From assembly GCA_963706075.1 (NCBI GenBank), contig CAVPLP010000002.1:432758-496757 (forward strand): a stretch of DNA of 64,000 nt, in the 5' to 3' direction. Of this stretch, positions 38,397 through 49,732 are shown one piece after another (position 1 is the stretch's first letter; each line of letters opens with the position of its first letter). The notes under the pieces are model-generated. The model was not told the DNA's origin. It saw nothing but the letters and a program-made list of their open reading frames with translations, and did not search any database. This stretch comes from an uncultured Actinomycetes bacterium. GTDB lineage: Bacteria > Actinomycetota > Thermoleophilia > Gaiellales > JAICJC01. The translations under genes were made by a program, and so were the position numbers.

Positions 38397-38406
38397 CCGC
38401 CGGCGA

Positions 38407-39087
38407 TCACGAGACGTGGTGGAAGTACCGGCGGGCCGCGTGCCCGACCCTGTGCGTCGACCACATGTTGTAGCCCGCGGCGATCCCGATCCCGACGATC
38501 GGCACCTCACGGCCGAGGAGCACGTACGCACGCCGCCTGGCGATCTTGGCAACCACGACCGCGGCCAGCCGGCGCGAGATGGGCCTGGCCAGCCTGGCGC
38601 CGGCCTCGTCGGCCAGCTCGCCGTCGCGGTGGATCCGCCCCATGACGCGGACAACGCCGTTCTTGCGCAGGTCGACGACACCCGCCTCGACGCCCATGGC
38701 CATGAGGACGTCCAGCTTTCGGGCCTCCACGTCCGTGATCGGCCTGCCGTGGAGGTGGGCGACCAGCAGCACGAGCTCCGTCTGGGCGACGGTGAGGAGC
38801 GAGGCATCACCCACCGCCGCGCCGACCTCGGCGACCGTGCCGAACCCGGGTATCACCGCCGGCAGGGCGCTCACGGCACCCGTGCCGGCGACCCGCTTGC
38901 TGCTCTGTGCGATCGCGTGGCGCGAGATCTCCGAGGGCGACCATCCCGGATGCGCGGCCTGAAGACGCTCCGCGGCGCGAACGACGGCCGGGCCGCGGCG
39001 TTCGACCACGGCCGTGATCGCGCGCTCGGTGGTGCCGGCCAGGCGGTCGGAGAGCGCGTCGAGTGCCAGGTTGGATGCGAAACCCAT
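38407..39087 (-). CDS. Hypothetical protein, EcsC-like
   Basis: 226-aa ORF: ...GAVSALPAVIPGFGTVAEVGAAVGDASLLTVAQTELVLLVAHLHG. TACAAT box (39095-39100) lies 7 nt upstream of the ATG. Family assignment is tentative. Confidence 0.5.
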   Translation of the reverse strand: MGFASNLALDALSDRLAGTTERAITAVVERRGPAVVRAAERLQAAHPGWSPSEISRHAIAQSSKRVAGTGAVSALPAVIPGFGTVAEVGAAVGDASLLTVAQTELVLLVAHLHGRPITDVEARKLDVLMAMGVEAGVVDLRKNGVVRVMGRIHRDGELADEAGARLARPISRRLAAVVVAKIARRRAYVLLGREVPIVGIGIAAGYNMWSTHRVGHAARRYFHHVS

Positions 39088-39139
39088 CGCACCGATTGTA
39101 TGGGCGGGCCGCAGCTACCCTGACGCTGCGAATGCCACG

Positions 39140-40229
39140 ATGACGGATCACGCGCTGACACCGCGCGAGCGCCGCCTGCGCCGCGGGCTCGTTGCGCTCG
39201 CGATGGTGTGCGCTCTCCTGGCACTCCTCGTCGTCGCCGTTCTGGTCTACTGGCGGCTCTACCTCCTCGGACCGTCGGGCGACCCGTTCACCCGCGGGCC
39301 GTTCGTGATCAGGCTCAGCACAACCGAGGCGACGCTGGCGTGGTCGGTCGAGGGCGGGCGCCGCGTCGAGCTCACCGCGACCGGCCCCGGGCGGAACCGT
39401 GACCGGTGCCGGCGGCCGGCTGACCGGGCTCCAGCCGGGGACGCGGTATGTCTGGACGGCGTCCGTGGGGGGCATCGGTCGCGCGTCCGGCTCGTTCCGG
39501 ACCGCGCCGCTCGACCTGCGGGAGCCGGTCCGCTTCGCCGTGATCGGCGACTACGGCTCCGGGAACGACCACGAGTGGGCGGTCGGCCGCACACTCGCCG
39601 CGGAACGGCCCGACTTCGTGACGACGGCCGGCGACAACAGCTACCTCGTCGGGGCGCCCCAGGTGCTCGACCGCAACATCTTCGACCCGCTGCACGACGT
39701 CATGCTGGGCGCCCCTCTGTGGGCGACCGAGGGGGAGCACGACCTGATCTACTCGGGCGGAGCCGCGGTGACGTCGGCGCTCCACCTCCCCGGGCCGCGC
39801 GGGCGCTACGCCGTCCGGTACGGGCCGGTGCAGCTCGTCCTGCTCGGCCTCGAGGCGGGCGCCTCCGAGATCGCCTTCGCCCGCAGGGAGCTCGCCGTGC
39901 CGGGGCCGCTCGTGCGCTTCGTCGTCGTCCACAGACCGGTGCAGCCCGGGAATCCCATCCTGCCGCTTCTGCGCCGGTCGGGCGTCGCAGCCATCCTCGC
40001 AGGGCACCTGCACCGCTACGAGCGGCGAACGGTCGGCGGCATCCCCGAGTTCACGGTCGGGACGAGCGGCGAGGGGCCGGGAGCTGCGGAGTTCACGAAG
40101 GCCACGCCGGGCGCCGCCGTATCGCTCCTCGACTACGGGTCGCTACTGGTCGAGGTGTCGAGCGGCGGGATCGCCTACACGTTCGTCGACGAGCGCGGGC
40201 GCGTTCTGGACAGCTGGTCGGAGCGATGA
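39140..40229 (+). CDS. Membrane-anchored metallophosphoesterase (purple-acid-phosphatase-like) (frame change at ~39383-39397)
   Basis: MTDHALTPRERRLRRGLVALAMVCALLALLVVAV...VELTATGPG (ORF 39014..40567 frame) continues as TVTGAGGRLTGLQPGTRYVW...FAVIGDYGSG...AGDNSY...GEHD...AGHLHRYER (ORF 39399..40229). Confidence 0.75.
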
Positions 40230-40567
40230 GATGGCCCCGTGTGGCGCTCGGGCTCGTCGGAGCGATCGCGACGGCGGCCGCCCTGCTCGTGCCTGAGCCG
40301 CAGGTGTTCGCGATCACGGGCATCGCCGGCATCGTCGCCGTCGTGCTCGCCGCCGGCTGCCTCGCGGCCGACTCGATCCCCTACAGACCGGCCCACGCGG
40401 CGGCCGCGGCGCTCTCGATCGTCGATGCCGTGGTGCTGGCCGTCGGCGGGCGGGCCGTCGGGATCCCCGTGCTCGTGCCCGCCGTCGTCCTCCTGCTGCT
40501 CCAACTGGCACCGGCGGCCAACGCCAGGTGGCTCAGGCGCGGGCCTCGACCTGGTTTCGGATCGTGA
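40226..40567 (+). CDS. Hypothetical membrane protein
   Basis: ATG at 40226 (ATGA overlap with the previous stop): MRWPRVALGLVGAIATAAALLV... with 3-4 hydrophobic spans. Confidence 0.5.
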   Translation: MRWPRVALGLVGAIATAAALLVPEPQVFAITGIAGIVAVVLAAGCLAADSIPYRPAHAAAAALSIVDAVVLAVGGRAVGIPVLVPAVVLLLLQLAPAANARWLRRGPRPGFGS

Positions 40568-40586
40568 CAGCAGACCAGCGTCGCCC

Positions 40587-40910
40587 TTACGCGTTCCCCG
40601 GATGCGCCGGGCAGGTGATCTTCACCTTGCCGGACGCGGACACCACCAGGCTGAAGCCCGTCGAAGACGCGACGCCGTTCCCGGGCTTCGGCACGAAGCC
40701 GCCGCCCGCCGGCCGGCCGTTTCGCGTCACGCAGACGATCTTGTCGCCGACGTGCACCCGGCCGCCGAGGTGGAACGTGTAGTGCCCCGGCTTGAGGCGG
40801 ATCGTCTTCTTCGCATGGTTGGGGTGGTTGACCACGGAACCGTCGGAGGCGGAGACCCAGCACGCCATTCCGACGACCGCGACGATCGCGAGTGTTCGGA
40901 TGTGTCTCAT
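40587..40910 (-). CDS. Hypothetical secreted protein
   Basis: ATG at 40910 within ORF 40587..41558: MRHIRTLAIVAVVGMACWVSASDGS signal-like N-terminus. 107 aa. Confidence 0.5.
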   Translation of the reverse strand: MRHIRTLAIVAVVGMACWVSASDGSVVNHPNHAKKTIRLKPGHYTFHLGGRVHVGDKIVCVTRNGRPAGGGFVPKPGNGVASSTGFSLVVSASGKVKITCPAHPGNA

Positions 40911-40915
40911 GCCAC

Positions 40916-41413
40916 TCAGACGGTGGCGGCGCGCGTTCTGTTCCCGCGGGGATCGCCGACCCGGAACCAGATCGTCACCGCGCCGGCCGGCCCGGCCAGC
41001 TTTCGAAGGTGGACGCGCCACGTCCCCTCCGGCATCGGGCACCCTTCCTCGCCCACGGTGCAGACGACGCGTCGTCCATGTCGACCGCACGAGCTGCTCG
41101 GCCCGGTGCGCGACGTGCGGATGAGGAGCGGCACCGTGGTGTTGGGCAGCTGCGTGGTGCCCTCGACCCTCGTCCCCGCCGGGGCGCTGAGCCGGTAGAG
41201 CAGGATCATGCCGGCCGGCTCGTGCAGCGCGAAGCCGACCGACTGGCGGCCCTCGCCGAACCGCACCGTCGCCGAGTGCCTCGAGAGCCCGACCGGCGGG
41301 TGGCCGGCCACGGCGTGCATCGCCGGCGCGACGGCGTGCTCGGCGATCGACGCCGAGCCGCATCCTCCGGCCATGGCCGCGGCAACGAGCAGCGCGCCGA
41401 GCCGCCAAGCCAT
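40916..41413 (-). CDS. Hypothetical lipoprotein
   Basis: ATG at 41413 within ORF 40916..41959: MAWRLGALLVAAAMAGGCGSAS lipobox. 165 aa. Confidence 0.55.
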   Translation of the reverse strand: MAWRLGALLVAAAMAGGCGSASIAEHAVAPAMHAVAGHPPVGLSRHSATVRFGEGRQSVGFALHEPAGMILLYRLSAPAGTRVEGTTQLPNTTVPLLIRTSRTGPSSSCGRHGRRVVCTVGEEGCPMPEGTWRVHLRKLAGPAGAVTIWFRVGDPRGNRTRAATV

Positions 41414-41596
41414 GCGGGGGACGATGGTCACTGCGGTGTGTACGCGCGACGCCGCAACGTGCGTCCCAGGCGGAGTCACGCCGCCACCGTAACGCACTGT
41501 GAGCGAAAACCCGACCTGATTCCGCGAGCGCGATTCGCCGGGACCACCCACGGACCACGCTTGTGCGGGCCGACCGAACCAGGAGGGAGAGGCTGT

Positions 41597-42040
41597 ATGA
41601 GCGTGAAGAGCGACTTCGACGGGGCTGAATGGGATCTGGTGGCCGAGGGGCCCGTCACCGCCGGGATGATCGTGCTCACCGCCGACAGCGGCGGGACGTT
41701 TCGCGAGACGCTGGCGCTGGCGCGCTCCTACACGGACGCTCGCAAAGAGCACGGGCAGAGCGAGCTGCTCGACGAGATCGTCTCGGCCAAGCCCGAGTTC
41801 GACCGGCACCGCTACCACTCGACCCGCGAGCTGCACGACGCTGGCCTCGAGCGGATCGCCGAAGCAGCCGCGGTCGTCGGCCGGAAGGGCACACCGGAAG
41901 AGCTCAACGACTACCGCAAGTTCGTCGTGACCCTCGCGTCGACAGTGGCGGCCGCCCACAAGGAGGAGGGACAGCAGGTGAGCACCGCCGAGCAGGCGGC
42001 GCTGAACGAGATTCGCGACCGGCTGCAGGCGTCCGCCTGA
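41597..42040 (+). CDS. Hypothetical protein
   Basis: ATG at 41597 with AGGAGGGAG upstream: MSVKSDFDGAEWDLVAEGPVTAGMIVL...NDYRKFVVTLASTVAAAHKEEG. Balanced composition. Confidence 0.6.
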   Translation: MSVKSDFDGAEWDLVAEGPVTAGMIVLTADSGGTFRETLALARSYTDARKEHGQSELLDEIVSAKPEFDRHRYHSTRELHDAGLERIAEAAAVVGRKGTPEELNDYRKFVVTLASTVAAAHKEEGQQVSTAEQAALNEIRDRLQASA

Positions 42041-42111
42041 CGAGCTCCCGGCCGTCAGGGAAGCTGCGATCGAACGGCTCTCCAGACCACCGGCAGACCA
42101 CGCGGCCGTGA

Positions 42112-42142
42112 AGAGCTATCGGGGCGCCGAGATTTGAACTCG
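42112..42142. repeat. att-like direct repeat (distal copy): AGAGCTATCGGGGCGCCGAGATTTGAACTCG
   Basis: Identical to 43104-43134. Four further bases (GCCG) match 3 nt upstream in both copies. No 5' half of a tRNA is present here. Confidence 0.85.
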
Positions 42143-42237
42143 TCCGGGTGCCCTCGACGCGCGCCGACGCGGGACAGCCGGATCCGCGTCGCCTGGGCTG
42201 GAGGTTTGCTCTGGGTGGGGGCGTAGGATGACCGGCG

Positions 42238-42882
42238 ATGACTGGGTCGAGGAAGCCCCGCAAGGCGTCCTGGCGCGAGCTGCCGCCTGCCGAGATGGCC
42301 GCTCACCTACTCGCCACTCCCACGATCAGCGACGGCGCCTGGACGTCGGAGCCTCGCCTGGCCGGCGAGGCGCGCTCGGCCTTCGTGCGCCGCGTCCTGC
42401 TCGGCGAGACGCCGGAGTCCGAGCCGGAGACGCCCGAGGCCGAGGCCGCACAGCCGGCCGGCCTGAAGCGCGGGTACTACCTTCTGAATACTGACGGGGG
42501 CAACTCCGGGGACCGCTTTGGCCGCGCGGCGATTGGTGCGCTCTTGCGCGCGCGGGCGCGCCGTCTGGTCACAGTGGATCAGATCTCGAAGGAGATCGGT
42601 CCTGCCACCCACAACGTGGCGGAGTACCGAGCGTTGATCGAGGGATTGAAGGTTGCGCGCGGTCACGGCATCCAGCGAATCCGCGTCTACATGGACTCTG
42701 AGCTCGTCGTGGACCAAGTAAATGGTGTCGCCGCGGTGAAGCAAGAACATCTAAAAGAACTGCACAAGGATGCGACCACTCTCGTCGCTCTGTTCAAGAA
42801 CATCCGCATCTCCTGGGTGCCTCGGGAAATGAACGCCGAGGCAGACCAACTCGTGAGGGATGCACTCGGCCGCCGCGACTAG
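42238..42882 (+). CDS. RNase H type-1 domain protein with ~85-aa N-terminal extension
   Basis: 214-aa ORF. C-terminal LLNTDGG...THNVAEYRALIEGLKVA...VYMDSELVVDQVNG...REMNAEADQLV carries the D-E-D-D catalytic pattern. Many A/T-ending codons appear from ~42470 on. Confidence 0.75.
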   Translation: MTGSRKPRKASWRELPPAEMAAHLLATPTISDGAWTSEPRLAGEARSAFVRRVLLGETPESEPETPEAEAAQPAGLKRGYYLLNTDGGNSGDRFGRAAIGALLRARARRLVTVDQISKEIGPATHNVAEYRALIEGLKVARGHGIQRIRVYMDSELVVDQVNGVAAVKQEHLKELHKDATTLVALFKNIRISWVPREMNAEADQLVRDALGRRD

Positions 42883-42918
42883 GCGGCGGGCCGCTCTCGT
42901 CGATGCGGCGACCCAACT

Positions 42919-43020
42919 CGCGTCCAGGCCGAGCTCGGCCACTCGGCTCCGGCGTTCACGCTCCGCGTCTACGGCCATCTCTGGCCAGACGAGATCGAGA
43001 TCGGCCGCGCGGCGCTCGAC
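42919..43020 (+). pseudogene. Tyrosine recombinase (phage-type integrase) C-terminal fragment
   Basis: My translation of the frame opening at the RNase H TAG: RVQAELGHSAPAFTLRVYGHLWPDEIEIGRAALD. This is the box II LGHxxxxxTxxxYxHL region with the catalytic Tyr. No upstream integrase sequence is present. Confidence 0.65.
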
Positions 43021-43103
43021 GCGCGTTCTCGGCGAGCGCGTTGGACGAACTATGGACGACGCCGCCGCCCGAATGGCGGCGGCGTCGCATGGTTAGGCCG
43101 ATT

Positions 43104-43134
43104 AGAGCTATCGGGGCGCCGAGATTTGAACTCG
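43104..43134. repeat. att-like direct repeat (tRNA-proximal copy)
   Basis: Covers the T-arm and acceptor 3' strand of tRNA-Pro plus 7 nt beyond its 3' end. Identical to 42112-42142. Confidence 0.85.
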
Positions 43135-43184
43135 GGACCTCACCGACCCGAACGGTGCGCGCTACCAGGCTGCGCCACGCCCCG
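43111..43184 (-). tRNA. tRNA-Pro (anticodon CGG)
   Basis: Hand-folded cloverleaf, 74 nt: CGGGGCG-TG-GCGC-AGCCTGGTA-GCGC-G-CACCG-TTCGGGT-CGGTG-AGGTC-CCGAG-TTCAAAT-CTCGG-CGCCCCG-A. C1-G72 is typical of bacterial tRNA-Pro. No encoded CCA. Confidence 0.9.
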
Positions 43185-43194
43185 GAAGCCGGGA

Positions 43195-43455
43195 TTATCG
43201 CAGGCGCGAGTCGCGCCGCGCGCAATACGCGTCGAATGCGACCAGCCTGCGGATCCAGGCCGCCATGGCCTCGACCTCGACGTCGTAGAGCAGGCGATCG
43301 GTCTCGAAGATCTCGATCGTGGCGTCGATGCGGCGCTGGATGCGGGCGCGCAACGTGTCGCTGCCCGTGCGCTCGAACGCCTCGCGGCGCACGCGACCGC
43401 GGCCTGGGCGAACGTGCCCGGCCAGGCGGTCGTCAAGCGAGACCCTCTCCGCCAT
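43195..43455 (-). CDS. Hypothetical small protein (possible ribbon-helix-helix N-terminus)
   Basis: ATG at 43455 within ORF 43195..44265: MAERVSLDDRLAGHV...IDATIEIFETDRLLYDVEVEAMAAWIRRL. It is antisense to a long stop-free frame, so the call is weak. Confidence 0.35.
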   Translation of the reverse strand: MAERVSLDDRLAGHVRPGRGRVRREAFERTGSDTLRARIQRRIDATIEIFETDRLLYDVEVEAMAAWIRRLVAFDAYCARRDSRLR

Positions 43456-43536
43456 ACCGCCAGATTCGCGGACGGAGGCCCCCGGCGCAAGTGGGTGGGG
43501 TGGCAGGACCACCCGTTTGGAGGGTACGGTTGGACC

Positions 43537-44295
43537 GTGGCCCGCCGGGACGAGATCGTCGCATTCCTCGACGACCACCTCGACGCCGGGGGCTATCCAG
43601 ACGCGCTCCCCGTCGGCCTCCAGGTGGTCGGCGCCCCCGAGGTGCGGAGGGTCGCGACGGGTGTCAGCGCGTCGCTCGAGCTCTTCGAGCGCGCCGCCGA
43701 CGACGGCGCCCAGATGCTGATCGTCCACCACGGCCTCTTCTGGAGCTCGGAGCCGCGCCGGATCGGCGAGCGCGAGCGGGCCCGCCTGCGCTGCCTCTTC
43801 GACCACGACCTGTCGCTCGTCGCGTACCACCTCGCCCTCGACGCCCACCCGGAGGTCGGGAACAACGCCCTCATCTGCCGCGCCCTGGGGCTCGTCGATC
43901 CGGTCGGCTTCGGTGTGCACGGCGACCGCACGATCGGGTTCCTCGCCACCGCGGACCCGCCGCTCCCGCTCGCCGGCCTCCTCGACCGCGTGCGGGCCGA
44001 GATCAACCCCGCGCCGCTCGTCTTCGACGCAGGGCCCGCGTCGATCCGGCGCGTCGCCGTCATCTCGGGCGCCGCCGCGCAGGACGTCCTCCCGGCCGCC
44101 GACGCGGGCGCAGACTGCTTCCTGACGGGCGAGCCGCGCGAGCCCGTGATGGCGCAGGCCCGCGAGGCCGGGATCCACTTCGTGGCTGCCGGCCACTACG
44201 CCACGGAGGTCTTCGGAGTGCGCGCGCTCGGGGAGCTTCTGGCCCAGCGGTTCGGGGTCGAGCACTCGTTCATCGACGTCCCAAACCCGATCTGA
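43537..44295 (+). CDS. Nif3-like dinuclear metal centre protein (YbgI/GTP cyclohydrolase 1 type 2 homolog)
   Basis: GTG at 43537 with TACGGT 6 nt upstream: ...LIVHHGLFW...LVAYHLALDAHPEVGNN...AAGHYATE. Confidence 0.85.
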   Translation: MARRDEIVAFLDDHLDAGGYPDALPVGLQVVGAPEVRRVATGVSASLELFERAADDGAQMLIVHHGLFWSSEPRRIGERERARLRCLFDHDLSLVAYHLALDAHPEVGNNALICRALGLVDPVGFGVHGDRTIGFLATADPPLPLAGLLDRVRAEINPAPLVFDAGPASIRRVAVISGAAAQDVLPAADAGADCFLTGEPREPVMAQAREAGIHFVAAGHYATEVFGVRALGELLAQRFGVEHSFIDVPNPI

Positions 44296-44325
44296 GGGGG
44301 CAACGGCAGATCCCCCGGCGGATTG

Positions 44326-44354
44326 TTGACGCAGTCCGGATGCCTGGGTATGGT
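44326..44354 (+). promoter_or_regulatory. Sigma-70-type promoter: TTGACG - 17 nt - TATGGT
   Basis: -35 at 44326-44331 and -10 at 44349-44354. An ATG follows 6 nt after the -10 box (44361), the same layout seen at several other gene starts here. Confidence 0.5.
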
Positions 44355-44360
44355 GTGAGC

Positions 44361-44387
44361 ATGGACAGCCGATCGGAGCGGGCCTAG
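44361..44387 (+). other. Leaderless 8-codon mini-ORF (MDSRSERA) inside the leader/small-RNA unit
   Basis: ATG GAC AGC CGA TCG GAG CGG GCC TAG, read directly. Its position relative to the -10 box matches the leaderless pattern. Translation is unproven. Confidence 0.25.
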
Positions 44388-44425
44388 CTTGTCCGCCCTC
44401 CGCAAAACCTAGTTCGACCTCTCAG

Positions 44426-44457
44426 CCCATCGAGCGAAGCCGCTCGGTGGGTTTTCT
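44426..44457 (+). terminator. Intrinsic terminator
   Basis: CCCATCGAGCG-AAGC-CGCTCGGTGGG forms an 11-bp stem with one G-U, followed by TTTTCTCGTT. Confidence 0.7.
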
Positions 44458-44482
44458 CGTTCAGCGACCGAAGGGAGCACGA

Positions 44483-44644
44483 ATGGCCAACCATCTGACG
44501 CCGGATGAGCTGTCGAAGGAATACGGCATGAAGCGTGAGGAAGTCATCCGGCTCTGCCACGAGCAGTCCGTCCCGATCTACCACGGAAAGATCGACAAGA
44601 GCCTGTTCCAGGCCGTGCAAGAGGAGTTGAGCCCGTCCAGGTGA
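44483..44644 (+). CDS. Small HTH-like protein (53 aa)
   Basis: ATG at 44483 with GAAGGGAG upstream: MANHLTPDELSKEYGMKREEVIRLCHEQSVPIYHGKIDKSLFQAVQEEL. Resembles excisionase/MerR-type short HTH proteins. Locally lower GC. Confidence 0.5.
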   Translation: MANHLTPDELSKEYGMKREEVIRLCHEQSVPIYHGKIDKSLFQAVQEELSPSR

Positions 44645-44675
44645 CCCGGACGCGGGCGGCGGCCGTAGCCTCTCG

Positions 44676-48540
<3,865 letters not shown>

Positions 48541-48543
48541 ATC

Positions 48544-49713
48544 ATGGCTGACCGGACGGGCCGGGCGCTCCCCGGCCCGCTCCTGGCCGGCTTCGCATTC
48601 AGCGCGATCGGCGGGCCACTCGCTCTCACCGCGCTCCTGATCCCCGACGCCGCCGGCGCGCAGGGGATCTCGTCGATCGGGCTCATCACGGCCGCCGGGG
48701 TCGCGCTCTTCGCCGCCCCGATGTTCGTGTGGTGGCGCTACTCGGGCGAGATCGCGTCGTCCGGCGGCCTCTACACGTTCGTCGAGCGCGCGGCCGGCCG
48801 GCGGATCGCGCTCGCGCACGGCGCGGCATGGATCCTGAGCTACTTCCTCTACCTGCCGTTCACGGTCACCGACCTCGTGTACGACCAGATCCCGGAGTCG
48901 TTCCCGGGCATCAGGGGCCACCAGGCCGTCGTCGAGATCGCCGTGCCGTTCGCCGTTGTCGCCGCCGTGATCCTCGCCGAGCGGGGTGTCATGGGCCTCA
49001 TGCTCGTGAGCGCCGTCGTCCAGCTCGGTCTCGTGCTCGCGCTCGGCGCGATCGTGCTTCACCACTCGGGGGCCGGCACGAGCGCGTTTCGGTCGCACGC
49101 ACCCGCCCGACCGCTGGCACGTGGTGCCGCCAACGTGTCGCTGCTCTTCCTGTGCGCGAGCCTCCCCCTGTATCTGGGCGGCGAGGTGCGCGGCGGCGGC
49201 CGCGTCCTGCGGCGGACGATGCTGATCGCAGTCGCCGCCGTCGGCGTCTTCGCCATCCTGGGGGCGTTCCCGTACGCGACGCTGAGCCCGTCCCTGGCCG
49301 CCTCAGAGGTGCCGGGATACGACGTCGCCCGGGCCTATGAGGGGGACGGCTTCGCCGCGCTGATCGCCGTCGGCGGCATCGCGAGCGTCGCCGGCCTCAT
49401 CTTCGCCGAGTACATCGCGCTCATCCGGCTCGTGCCGGCGATGTTCGGGGTGCCGCGGATGCGGACGGCGCTCCTGATCGGCGCGGCGTTCGTGGGGGGA
49501 TGCCTCGTCAGCCTGATCGACCCCGGAAAGGCGTACGAGTATGCACTCACGCCCGCCTTGTCGGCGCTCTACATCTCGCAGGCGTTCGTGTTCGTCGCCT
49601 ACCTGCGGTTCAGGCGCCGGCCGTCGGTGGTCGACTGGACGGCGGCCGTCGTCGCGACGGCGCTCATGGGATTCGGCCTCTGGGTCGTGATCTCGCAGCA
49701 GCCGTACACCTGA
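48544..49713 (+). CDS. APC-superfamily permease-like membrane protein
   Basis: 389-aa ORF with ~11-12 hydrophobic spans. Substrate unknown. Confidence 0.7.
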   Translation: MADRTGRALPGPLLAGFAFSAIGGPLALTALLIPDAAGAQGISSIGLITAAGVALFAAPMFVWWRYSGEIASSGGLYTFVERAAGRRIALAHGAAWILSYFLYLPFTVTDLVYDQIPESFPGIRGHQAVVEIAVPFAVVAAVILAERGVMGLMLVSAVVQLGLVLALGAIVLHHSGAGTSAFRSHAPARPLARGAANVSLLFLCASLPLYLGGEVRGGGRVLRRTMLIAVAAVGVFAILGAFPYATLSPSLAASEVPGYDVARAYEGDGFAALIAVGGIASVAGLIFAEYIALIRLVPAMFGVPRMRTALLIGAAFVGGCLVSLIDPGKAYEYALTPALSALYISQAFVFVAYLRFRRRPSVVDWTAAVVATALMGFGLWVVISQQPYT

Positions 49714-49732
49714 GATCCACTATCCTCGGCCC

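Larger units (their letters stand above)
42112..43134. mobile_element. Decayed integrative-element remnant (~1 kb) inserted at the 3' end of tRNA-Pro
   Basis: Bounded by 31-nt perfect direct repeats (42112-42142 and 43104-43134) that cover the 3' part of tRNA-Pro. Contains an integrase C-terminal stub and an RNase H-like gene whose 3' part is visibly lower in GC. Confidence 0.6.

Noticed and set aside
42112-42200. A second tRNA gene suggested by the repeated GGTTCAAATCTCGGCGCCCCGA-like sequence.
   Set aside because: Only the T-arm and acceptor 3' strand plus flank (31 nt) are present. The upstream sequence cannot form D or anticodon arms or a 5' acceptor strand. I interpret it as an att-site repeat.
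42883-44295. A 1.4-kb stop-free frame running from the RNase H stop across tRNA-Pro into nif3 (part of it is listed as ORF 43126..44295).
   Set aside because: It crosses a tRNA gene and an att site. Only two segments are protein-like: the 34-aa integrase stub and the Nif3 domain from the GTG at 43537. The rest is GC-driven openness.
44361-44457. A c-di-GMP-I (GEMM) riboswitch, considered because of CCGCAAAACC and the nearby GGDEF genes.
   Set aside because: Only one short, imperfect resemblance to the ACGCAAAGCC block is present. There is no tetraloop/receptor pair and no second conserved helix. The region is kept as an unassigned leader/sRNA candidate instead.
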